DNA of 64,000 nucleotides from Clostridia bacterium (GTDB lineage: Bacteria > Bacillota > Clostridia > Oscillospirales > CAG-382): NCBI GenBank assembly GCA_017549365.1, contig JAFYUZ010000087.1, positions 4,112 through 68,111 of the forward strand, read 5' to 3'. The notes under the pieces are model-generated. The model searched no databases. It was given only the letters and a program-made list of their open reading frames with translations, and was not told where the DNA came from. The first letter of the stretch is position 1; each line of letters opens with the position of its first letter. Made by a program: the position numbers and the translations under genes. Positions 30,286 through 37,954 of the stretch are shown piece after piece.

Positions 30286-32715
30286 TTTTGAAAGCTCGTG
30301 GGATACCTTTTGAATGTACGAATCGGCAGTCTCTGCCTCTTTGGTATAAACAACGCTGATATTGCGGAAATTTTCGATGCTTCCGGGGTTTTTCTTCACT
30401 CTGTACGCATCAAAAACAAGGATTATTTTGGTGCCGCAAAAACCCTGGTAGTTGCACAGACGATGTATCAGGGTGGTGCGGGCAAGATCAAGGCTTTGGG
30501 ATGCCTGCTTTTTCAGCTCGTCCCAGGCAAAAATGATGTTGTAGCCGTCAACAAGAAGATATTCTTCGCCGTCAAAGATCTGCGGCTTTGCCTTGGGCGC
30601 TTTTGGCTTTTCGACAATGCTTTTTGGCGCTTCGTGCCGCACTTTTCCGCCGTCCCTTTTGCGTATCGGGCCGTAGGTCCGCTCGAATATCGCCATAAGC
30701 TCGGTGTCGCTTGCAACGCTTGCAAGATAGTTTTCGGCACGGCGCTTTATTTCAAGCTGTTGCTCGATCGCCTCGTTGTCGCGGTTCAGCACGCTTTCTA
30801 TGTGCATATAGTTTTCGACCTCGTCCCATTTGACAAGAAAACCTGCCCCGTGGGCGCAAAAAACCGAATCACAGGAGTTTTCAAGGTCGGCGTCTGCATC
30901 ATAGCCTATTTCTTCAATCACCTTTTGCGCGTCGGCACATTCCTCATATCCGCGAAGGGTGCAGATTATTCTGCCCTTTCCGTGCGAAAAATCCGCAAGC
31001 TCAAGGCCGTAATGCTGGATCTTTGAAACGGGCGCGTGCCCTGTGACGGTGGTCATTTCGCCGTCCGATTCGGGGGGATTCATGACAGCACCAAAGCGCT
31101 GCATATCAGTCATGACTCTGCCCGTCATGCTGTCGGGCACGGTTATTTCGTAGTTGTAATAAGGCTCGAGAAGCACGCTTTTTGCGCGGCGCAGTCCGTG
31201 ACGCACGGCACGATAGGTCGCCTCGCGGAAATCTCCCCCTTCGGTATGCTTTTTGTGGGCTCTGCCTGCCACAAGGGTTATTTTCATATCGGTTATGGGA
31301 GCGCCCGTCAAAACACCCACGTGGGTCTTTTCTTCAAGGTGGGTGAGGATCAATCTTTGCCACGAGCGCAAAAGCTCGTCGGTGGAGCAATCTGTGCAGA
31401 ACGAAAGCCCCGTTCCGCGCTCGGCAGGCTCAAGTATCAGATGCACCTCGGCATAGTGGCGCAAGGGCTCGTAATGTCCCACGCCCTCCACCGTGTCGGC
31501 AATCGTTTCGCGATATACCACCCGTCCCGCATCAAACGAAACGTCCATCAAAAGACGGGTGCTTATGAGATTTTTTATTATTTCAAGCTGTATCTGACCC
31601 ATCAACAGAAGCTTTATTTCCGAAAGGCGTCTGTCAAAGGTTATGCGAAGGGTGGGTTCTTCCTCCTCCAAAAGCTTAAGCTTTGAATACGCCGTCACGG
31701 GGTCTGCCTTTTCGGGCAGGATAACGCGATAGTTGAAAACAGGCTCAAGCACCGGCACGGGAAGCTCTTTTTCAAAGCCGAGGGTGTCACCTGCCGCGGC
31801 CATTGAAAGACCGGTTACGGCACATACCGTGCCTGCGGGCACTTCTGTTACCGATTCAAACTTTGCACCCGAATATATTCTGATACCGTCGATCTTTTCG
31901 TTCCATTCCTCGCCTGCCGCTGTTTTTCCCGAAAGGCTGTCGCGCACACAAAGTGCGCCGCCCGTAACCTTGAGATGCACAAGACGCTTGCCGTTTTCGT
32001 CGCGGGATATCTTGTATATTCTTGCGCCAAAGCTGTCGGGATATTGGGGCTGTTTCATGTATTCGCAGATGCCCGAAAGAAGTCGGTCTGCCCCCTGATT
32101 TTTCAGCGCCGAACCGAAATAGCAGGGAAAAAGCTTTGCCGACGATACGGCGGACGAAATATCCTCCTGCGAAAGAGAACCCGTTTCAAGATATTTTTCC
32201 ATCAAAGCTTCGTCGCACATAGAAACGTCGTCGAAAGAAGAAAGTCGGTCTTCTTCGATGCAGGAGGACGAAAGCCTCTTTGTGATGCCGCGCATCAGGG
32301 TTTCGCGGTCGGCAGACGGCACGTCCATTTTGTTCACGAAGATAAAGGTGGGTATAGAGTGCTTGCGTAAAAGCCGCCACAAGGTCTCGGTGTGGCTTTG
32401 CACCCCGTCAATGCCGCTGATGACAAGGATCGCCGCATCAAGCACGCAAAGGGTGCGCTCGGTTTCAGAGGAAAAATCCACGTGTCCCGGGGTGTCGAGC
32501 AGGGTGAACTCAAAATCGTTGCCGTAAAGAATTGCCTGCTTTGAAAAAATGGTGATGCCGCGGTCACGCTCGAGCTCGTGGGTGTCAAGAAAAGTGTCGG
32601 CGTGGTCAACTCTGCCGAATTTTCTTATGTTCCCCGTGGTGTAAAGAAGTGCTTCGGAAAGTGTGGTCTTTCCCGAGTCTACGTGGGCAAGTATTCCCAC
32701 CGTCAGCTTTTTCAC
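30283..32715 (-). CDS. TetM/EF-G-like translational GTPase fused to an N-terminal portion of a Rae1/YacP NYN ribonuclease domain (ends at a premature-looking TAA)
   Basis: G1 AHVDSGKTT, switch I RGITI, G3 DTPGHVDF, G4 NKMD. About 640 aa are collinear with ribosomal-protection-type factors. A basic linker follows, then residues 717-810 (nt 30286-30567): EEYLLVDGYNIIFAW...KIILVFDAYR...VVYTKEAETADSYI (NYN_YacP-like). GTG start with AGGAGG 6 nt upstream. Confidence 0.85.
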   Translation of the reverse strand: MKKLTVGILAHVDSGKTTLSEALLYTTGNIRKFGRVDHADTFLDTHELERDRGITIFSKQAILYGNDFEFTLLDTPGHVDFSSETERTLCVLDAAILVISGIDGVQSHTETLWRLLRKHSIPTFIFVNKMDVPSADRETLMRGITKRLSSSCIEEDRLSSFDDVSMCDEALMEKYLETGSLSQEDISSAVSSAKLFPCYFGSALKNQGADRLLSGICEYMKQPQYPDSFGARIYKISRDENGKRLVHLKVTGGALCVRDSLSGKTAAGEEWNEKIDGIRIYSGAKFESVTEVPAGTVCAVTGLSMAAAGDTLGFEKELPVPVLEPVFNYRVILPEKADPVTAYSKLKLLEEEEPTLRITFDRRLSEIKLLLMGQIQLEIIKNLISTRLLMDVSFDAGRVVYRETIADTVEGVGHYEPLRHYAEVHLILEPAERGTGLSFCTDCSTDELLRSWQRLILTHLEEKTHVGVLTGAPITDMKITLVAGRAHKKHTEGGDFREATYRAVRHGLRRAKSVLLEPYYNYEITVPDSMTGRVMTDMQRFGAVMNPPESDGEMTTVTGHAPVSKIQHYGLELADFSHGKGRIICTLRGYEECADAQKVIEEIGYDADADLENSCDSVFCAHGAGFLVKWDEVENYMHIESVLNRDNEAIEQQLEIKRRAENYLASVASDTELMAIFERTYGPIRKRDGGKVRHEAPKSIVEKPKAPKAKPQIFDGEEYLLVDGYNIIFAWDELKKQASQSLDLARTTLIHRLCNYQGFCGTKIILVFDAYRVKKNPGSIENFRNISVVYTKEAETADSYIQKVSHELSK

Positions 32716-32800
32716 GTTTTTCCTCCTTTCTTTGCGTTAAATTTTACATGATGAAAAAAAGATGCTTTCACAACGCAAGATCAAAGCTTTTGCTTTTTTG

Positions 32801-34072
32801 TCAGATCTTGAACAAATACATCTGACCTGCCGCCGCCCAAAGGTTGATGGTGTAGCGGTCTTTGTCGCAAAGCTCTGCGTTGTTTTCCCGTCTCGGATCG
32901 AAATTGTGAGAATCGTTGTTGGGGTAGACGTCATATACTCTCCAACTGTTACCATATCCCTTTATTTCATACGGATCACATTTTTTACGGTTAAATGTGA
33001 TATTGAAATTATTGTCGTTTACAGTTGTGGAATTGTTCACCACCGCCACATATTTATCACCGTTTGCAGATGTGAAAAAGCTTACGATCATGTCGGTGTT
33101 TTTCAGAGATCTCACATCGAGAATAATATCGCTGATCCCTTGTTTGAATGGCGGATATCCTCCCCACGAGCGTCCCACGTGGTAGCATTCATCAAGTCGC
33201 AGATCTTTGAAAATGTCGGCCGTGGAGGCAAGAAAATAGCGGGAAACACTTTTGAATTTGTAAAAATGCGGAGTTTTTTCGCCGAAAATATCAATGGCGG
33301 CGCCATGGGTGTTGGTTGCAAACGGGATGTCGTCCAAGGTGAACCAGATTATACCCGTGCATCCGCCCGCAAGGGCTGTGTTGAACTGCCAGCGCACTGC
33401 CCCCTCGTCGGGGACGGCATAATCCCAGTGACCTATTGCCAAAAGGCAGGTCCAAAGCGGGATCCCGAGAGTTTGTGCAAGCTCGTTATATATGCGCATA
33501 TCGTGAAAATATGTGTGTATGCCTTCTTCTGTACCTCGCATCTGATTATAGCGGTCGTATGAAAGCACCGGGGCATTATATCTTTCTTTCATAAACGACA
33601 GATAGTTTTCCTGCGTTTCAAAGCCCATATACGGTGGATCTGATTCGTCCCACAGGGGAAGCAGATTCAAGAAGGGCAAAAGCTCGGGCGCTTGCTCGCG
33701 CTGTATCCTGAAAGCTGTTATCACATCCTCCATATCTTTTTTCCATGGCTCGTCACCGATGAAAAATCCAAGAGTTGCAGGATGCTTGCCAAAATCTTTG
33801 TAGACGGCGTTGAATTTTTCGCGGTATGCTTCGGGATCTTCCGATGCGCCTTTCCACAAAAGTCGTTTGTCCTGAATGATTACTTTGATATCGTGTTTGT
33901 GGCATTCGTCAAGGAGTCTTATAAAAGCGTCCTTGTTGGTTTCGTTTTCGTTCCATCCGTCGTCACAGATATTGACGGTAAGGCCGATCTCCTTCCAAAG
34001 CTTTACTTCGTCGATCTGTTTTTCGTCAAATCCTTTTACCGGCCACGCCAAGATCGGAAATTTGTTTAACAT
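32801..34072 (-). CDS. hypothetical TIM-barrel glycoside-hydrolase-like protein, no signal peptide
   Basis: 423 aa. Start moved to ATG 34072 (AAGGAG RBS). Alternating beta/alpha pattern with GFFIGDEPW and LNLLPLW segments reminiscent of GH42-like barrels. Function not established. Confidence 0.55.
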   Translation of the reverse strand: MLNKFPILAWPVKGFDEKQIDEVKLWKEIGLTVNICDDGWNENETNKDAFIRLLDECHKHDIKVIIQDKRLLWKGASEDPEAYREKFNAVYKDFGKHPATLGFFIGDEPWKKDMEDVITAFRIQREQAPELLPFLNLLPLWDESDPPYMGFETQENYLSFMKERYNAPVLSYDRYNQMRGTEEGIHTYFHDMRIYNELAQTLGIPLWTCLLAIGHWDYAVPDEGAVRWQFNTALAGGCTGIIWFTLDDIPFATNTHGAAIDIFGEKTPHFYKFKSVSRYFLASTADIFKDLRLDECYHVGRSWGGYPPFKQGISDIILDVRSLKNTDMIVSFFTSANGDKYVAVVNNSTTVNDNNFNITFNRKKCDPYEIKGYGNSWRVYDVYPNNDSHNFDPRRENNAELCDKDRYTINLWAAAGQMYLFKI

Positions 34073-34263
34073 GATAATACTCCTTTTCGTTTGTTTCTCT
34101 ATACTATAACAGAAAAACACCGTTTTTTCAACACCAAATTAAAAAACATTTCAAAGGTATGTGTATTTTCTTGACATTGACGACAAATGTATATATAATT
34201 TAATAAAGCATACCCACAAAGACGGGTTTTTACAAAATTGTATCAGAATAAGGAGAGCTTATT

Positions 34264-35526
34264 ATGAGTATCTATTACGTATCTGCACAAGGATGTGACA
34301 CAAACGACGGCCTTACGCCCGAAAGCGCATGGCAGACAATCGGCAAAATGATGGAATCGGTATCGGGCGGCGATACGATAAAGCTTCGTTGCGGCGACAC
34401 TTTTTACGGCAACATCCATCTTCCCACGGGTATTTCCGAGGATGAACCCACCGTGCTCACAAGCTATGGCGAGGGTGAAAAACCCACCGTTTCCCAGTAC
34501 AAAATGCCCGTTCACGGCGCATGGGAAAGACACATTGACGGCGTGTGGAAGCTTGACCTTACCGATACCTCAAAATTTACGGGCAACACAAAGGATATCG
34601 ATACAAACGTCGGCTTTATGAAGGTTAACGGCGAATATAAATACCGCAAGAGATTTCACCTTGCCGACCTTGCATACCCCTGGGATTTCTACTGCGACGA
34701 TCAGTACGTTTACGTTTTGTCCAACACCCGTCCCGACGAGATAACAGACGATGTAAAGATCGCCTGCAACATCCGTTGCATCAGCATGAGCAGCAACCTC
34801 AAGGTTGAAAACATCATCTGCCGCGGCGCAGGCGCCCACGGCATTTCGGGAACGTCGGTCAACTGCCACATCAGCAACTGCGAATTCCACGAGCTGGGCG
34901 GATCGCGCCTGGGCGGAATCGAACGCCGCGGCAGATTCAATACCGTCCGCTACGGCAACGGCGTTGAGTTTTGGTCCAACTCGACAAACGGCTCGGTGGA
35001 AAACTGCAGATTTTCCGAAATTTACGACGTTGCCATCACCATCCAGGGCAACCGAGTTGTAAGAAACTGGGACAACATGATCTTCCGCAACAACGTTATC
35101 TGGAACTGCACCCAGGGCTTTGAGATCTGGGCATCCACAGAGCTCGACGAGCCCGTGGGCATCACCAACAGCTATTTTGAAAACAACGTGGTCGTTGACT
35201 GCGGATATTGCTGGGGTTATGAAGCACGCCCCAACAAGGGTTGCTCGTCCCACCTTATGATCTACAACATCGGCGTGCCGCTTTGCGATATAACCATCCG
35301 CAACAACGTTTTCACACGCGCTCAGACATCTTTTATGTACAAGAGCGGAAAGGTAACCTCTTTCCCCAAGGATTGCAAGATATACGACAACGTTATCGTC
35401 CGCCACGAGGGACAGGAGCTGGGCAACCGCGCCGCCTGCACTTATGAAGAAAACATGGTGTTTGAAGAAATGATCCTTTCGCAAAACCAGGTATTCAACA
35501 CCCCCAAGTACAGAAACGAAAACTGA
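34264..35526 (+). CDS. right-handed parallel beta-helix protein, paralogous in its cap to 26979-28418
   Basis: MSIYYVSAQGCDTNDGLTPESAWQTIGKM cap. Coils NIICRGAGAHGISG, ISNCEFHELGG, VENCRFSEIYDVAIT, FRNNVIWNC. AAGGAG RBS. Confidence 0.75.
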   Translation: MSIYYVSAQGCDTNDGLTPESAWQTIGKMMESVSGGDTIKLRCGDTFYGNIHLPTGISEDEPTVLTSYGEGEKPTVSQYKMPVHGAWERHIDGVWKLDLTDTSKFTGNTKDIDTNVGFMKVNGEYKYRKRFHLADLAYPWDFYCDDQYVYVLSNTRPDEITDDVKIACNIRCISMSSNLKVENIICRGAGAHGISGTSVNCHISNCEFHELGGSRLGGIERRGRFNTVRYGNGVEFWSNSTNGSVENCRFSEIYDVAITIQGNRVVRNWDNMIFRNNVIWNCTQGFEIWASTELDEPVGITNSYFENNVVVDCGYCWGYEARPNKGCSSHLMIYNIGVPLCDITIRNNVFTRAQTSFMYKSGKVTSFPKDCKIYDNVIVRHEGQELGNRAACTYEENMVFEEMILSQNQVFNTPKYRNEN

Positions 35527-35529
35527 CAA

Positions 35530-36243
35530 ATGACAGAGTTTTCAAGAAGCAGACTTCTGCTCGGCGACAAAATCGAAAATCTTTACCGCGCCCACGTTGC
35601 CGTATTCGGCATCGGGGGCGTGGGCTCGTATGTGGTTGAAGCTCTTGCTCGCACGGGGGTCGGAAAGCTTTCGCTTTTCGACAACGACACCGTGAGCACA
35701 TCGAACATAAACCGCCAGCTGGTGGCACTGCATTCGACGGTCGGAAAGCCGAAAACTGCGGTGGCAAAAGAGCGCATTGCGGATATAAACCCCAAAGCAG
35801 AAGTGTTTGAATATCCTGTGTTTTTCACGGCGGAAAACGCGGACAGTATTGACTTTTCGCAGTTTGACTATGTGGTGGACGCCATCGATACCGTTTCGTC
35901 AAAAATACTTCTTGCACAGATATGTCAGGAAAAAAATATCCCGATAATAAGCTCGATGGGCACGGGCAACAAGCTCGATCCCACACAGTTTGAGATCTGC
36001 GATATTTCAAAAACCAGCGTCTGCCCTCTTGCACGCGTTATGCGCAGAGAGCTTAAAGTCCGCGGCATCAAAAAGCTGAAGGTGCTTTATTCAAAAGAAG
36101 AGCCGATATCCCCACAATATGACGAAAACAGCGAGGAAAAGGGAAACTTGGGAAGAAAAGCTCCGGGAAGCATATCTTTCGTTCCCTCCTGCGCAGGGCT
36201 TATCATCGCGGGCGAGGTTATAAAAGACATTTGCAAACAATAA
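35530..36243 (+). CDS. tcdA: tRNA threonylcarbamoyladenosine dehydratase (ThiF/E1-like)
   Basis: VAVFGIGGVGSYVVEALARTGVGKLSLFDNDTVSTSNINRQ. The length (237 aa) and C-terminal region are typical of TcdA/CsdL. Confidence 0.85.
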   Translation: MTEFSRSRLLLGDKIENLYRAHVAVFGIGGVGSYVVEALARTGVGKLSLFDNDTVSTSNINRQLVALHSTVGKPKTAVAKERIADINPKAEVFEYPVFFTAENADSIDFSQFDYVVDAIDTVSSKILLAQICQEKNIPIISSMGTGNKLDPTQFEICDISKTSVCPLARVMRRELKVRGIKKLKVLYSKEEPISPQYDENSEEKGNLGRKAPGSISFVPSCAGLIIAGEVIKDICKQ

Positions 36244-36254
36244 CGGGAGAAAAA

Positions 36255-36776
36255 ATGGAACTTTGGGATATATACGATATAAACCATATTAAAAAGGGCA
36301 AAACAGTGGTGCGCGGAGATCGCATTGAAGAGGGCGATTACCGCATTATGGTGCATATCTGCATCTTCAATTCCGAGGGCAAAATGCTTATTCAGCACCG
36401 CACCCCCACAAAAGATTGCTGGCCGGGACTTTGGGATCTTTCGGCAGGCGGAAGCGCAGTTTCGGGCGATACCTCCGGCAAAGCCGCCGAAAGAGAAGCC
36501 TTTGAGGAAATAGGCGTAAAGCTTGATCTCGAAAATACTCTGCCCAATATGAGTGTCAACTTCAATCGCGGATTTGACGATATTTATCTTGTTGAAAAAG
36601 ACATTGATATCAACAGCCTTGTGTTGCAAAAAGAAGAGGTCACCGAGGTGAAATGGGCGGATGCCGACGAGATATGCCGCCTTATCGACGAAAAAGTTTT
36701 TATTCCGTATCACAAAAATCTTATCCGACTCTTTTTTGATATGCGCAAAAGCTACGGCGCAATAAAACACGGGTAA
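36255..36776 (+). CDS. NUDIX hydrolase
   Basis: Nudix box GGSAVSGDTSGKAAEREAFEEIGV. Start moved to ATG 36255. Confidence 0.85.
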   Translation: MELWDIYDINHIKKGKTVVRGDRIEEGDYRIMVHICIFNSEGKMLIQHRTPTKDCWPGLWDLSAGGSAVSGDTSGKAAEREAFEEIGVKLDLENTLPNMSVNFNRGFDDIYLVEKDIDINSLVLQKEEVTEVKWADADEICRLIDEKVFIPYHKNLIRLFFDMRKSYGAIKHG

Positions 36777-36801
36777 GATCCTGTTTTTCATCCATATGCT
36801 C

Positions 36802-36830
36802 TTGACATTCCCAACTTTTTGTGATAAAAT
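36802..36830 (+). promoter_or_regulatory. promoter of the monocistronic tRNA-Thr gene
   Basis: TTGACA (36802-36807), 17 nt spacer, TAAAAT (36825-36830). The tRNA begins 11 nt later. Confidence 0.65.
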
Positions 36831-36840
36831 ACAAGAGCTT

Positions 36841-36915
36841 GCTGGTGTGGCGCAGGGGTAGCGCAACTGATTCGTAATCAGTAGGCCGAGAGTTCAAATC
36901 TCTCCACCAGCTCCA
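36841..36915 (+). tRNA. tRNA-Thr (anticodon CGU), CCA encoded
   Basis: Manual cloverleaf: acceptor GCTGGTG/CACCAGC, D stem GCGC/GCGC, anticodon stem ACTGA/TCAGT with loop TTCGTAA, T arm GAGAG-TTCAAAT-CTCTC, discriminator T, then CCA. Confidence 0.93.
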
Positions 36916-36920
36916 ACAAA

Positions 36921-36959
36921 AAAGTCACTTTTGTCTGCCAAGACAAAAGTGACTTTTTT
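36921..36959 (+). terminator. intrinsic terminator after tRNA-Thr
   Basis: 16-bp stem AAAGTCACTTTTGTCT pairs with AGACAAAAGTGACTTT around a GCCA loop, followed by a T-run. Confidence 0.9.
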
Positions 36960-36960
36960 A

Positions 36961-37136
36961 AATGATGTTTGCCTACGGCAAATGATGTTGGGCTTCGCCA
37001 ATGATGACGGCTACGCCTAATGATGTGTGCCTGACGGCACATTGAGGCAAACATCGCATCATTGCGGAACGAAGTGGAGCAACATCATTTTGAGCGAAGT
37101 GAAAAACATCATATCGCCACAAGGCGATGCATCATT
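36961..37136. repeat. array of eight AATGATG heptamers (4 direct, then 4 inverted)
   Basis: AATGATG at 36961, 36981, 37000 and 37019 (spacing 20, 19, 19 nt). The complement CATCAT(T/A) at 37057, 37083, 37107 and 37130 (spacing 26, 24, 23 nt). Short GC hairpins sit between units (TTTGCC-TAC-GGCAAA, GTGCC-TGAC-GGCAC, ATCGCC-ACAA-GGCGAT). Confidence 0.85.
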
Positions 37137-37228
37137 TGAAGATATACAAGGCTTGCGCCTTGATTTTAGTTAGACTTTGTGGTATAATCTGATCGATAAA
37201 TAAGAATTTGATGAAGGAGTGTGATTTT

Positions 37229-37387
37229 ATGAAAAAGGTTCTTCAAGTAATTTGCTGTGCAGTAGGTAGTGGAATGATTGGTTTCTTTGCTAATCAGTTG
37301 GATACGGTTGTTGGTAGTGTGTGTTTCACACTTGGCATCGTTCTGCTTGTTGCTTCAATCAGTATAATGAGCAAAAAGGACAATTGA
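37229..37387 (+). CDS. small (52 aa) two-TM membrane protein
   Basis: Below the track length cut-off. GAAGGAG RBS 9 nt upstream of the ATG. MKKVLQVICCAVGSGMIGFFANQLDTVVGSVCFTLGIVLLVASISIMSKKDN. Promoter TTGATT-17-TGGTATAAT lies upstream (about 37160-37188). Confidence 0.55.
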   Translation: MKKVLQVICCAVGSGMIGFFANQLDTVVGSVCFTLGIVLLVASISIMSKKDN

Positions 37388-37394
37388 CCAATTC

Positions 37395-37486
37395 CAATTT
37401 GTCGAGTAGTTAATAGAGCAAAATCACACACCTTTTTACTGTTCTTTCGCAACAAAAAATGCACAGCTTCTGCTGTGCGTTTTTTG
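37395..37486 (+). repeat. 92-bp repeat module copy A (conserved 65-nt core plus intrinsic terminator)
   Basis: CAATTTGTCGAGTAGTTAATAGAGCAAAATCACACACCTTTTTACTGTTCTTTCGCAACAAAAAA, then hairpin GCACAGC-TTCT-GCTGTGC and a T-run. See copy B. Confidence 0.85.
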
Positions 37487-37560
37487 TTATATGCGGAGAT
37501 TTGAACTCCAAGGGGGCTTTTAGGTGCAAAACTCTGCCAATAAAACTTTGCAAAAAGTTA

Positions 37561-37609
37561 TTGACAAGTTCACTTGGCAATGTTATAATAATGACAAGAA
37601 AACTTGTCA
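37561..37609 (+). promoter_or_regulatory. consensus promoter overlapped by two palindromic operators
   Basis: TTGACA (37561-37566), 17 nt spacer, TGtTATAAT (TATAAT at 37584-37589). Palindrome 1 TTGACAAGT-TC-ACTTGGCAA (37561-37580) covers the -35. Palindrome 2 TGACAAG-AAAA-CTTGTCA (37592-37609) sits between the -10 and the RBS. Confidence 0.7.
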
Positions 37610-37622
37610 AAGGAGATTTGTT

Positions 37623-37952
37623 ATGAACAAAGATGAAGTTTTGAAGATAAGCCAGCAGGAAAACAAAGGAAAACTTGATGAGCGAGAGTTAGCAGTATTT
37701 GGTAAAGCATCGCGAGTCGGTATGCTTGTCGGTGGATTGCTTTGTGTTGCTTTAATCCTTGTTAGCGAATTTGTTTTGAATATGCCAGAACTCGCATTGG
37801 TTGGGTGGATGGTGTATTTTGCTATGCAAGGTAGTAGCAATATTGTTTTATTTAAGTATTTGAAAACTCCCTCTAAGCTAATCTATGGCATTATCGAAAT
37901 TGCTTTTGCTGTTGCATTCGCTGTTGCGATTGTATTTAAGGCGGTGGCATAA
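37623..37952 (+). CDS. small membrane protein (DUF6442-like) partnered with an XRE regulator
   Basis: MNKDEVLKISQQENKGKLDERELAV... followed by 3 TM segments. AGGAG RBS 7 nt upstream. The family name is from memory. Confidence 0.7.
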   Translation: MNKDEVLKISQQENKGKLDERELAVFGKASRVGMLVGGLLCVALILVSEFVLNMPELALVGWMVYFAMQGSSNIVLFKYLKTPSKLIYGIIEIAFAVAFAVAIVFKAVA

Positions 37953-37954
37953 AT

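Noticed and set aside
30283-32715. Calling the TetM-like GTPase a tetracycline-resistance ribosomal protection gene
   Set aside because: Only the generic translational-GTPase motifs are shared. The C-terminal region differs and is fused to a NYN domain, and there is no mobile-element context. A resistance call cannot be supported from sequence alone.
36961-37136. CRISPR array or mini-ORFs (MMFAYGK, MMLGFANDDGYA) in the heptamer array
   Set aside because: The units are 7 nt at a period of about 20 nt, far below CRISPR dimensions, and there are no cas genes. The ATGATG cores create start codons by construction, and the mini-ORFs lack RBSs.
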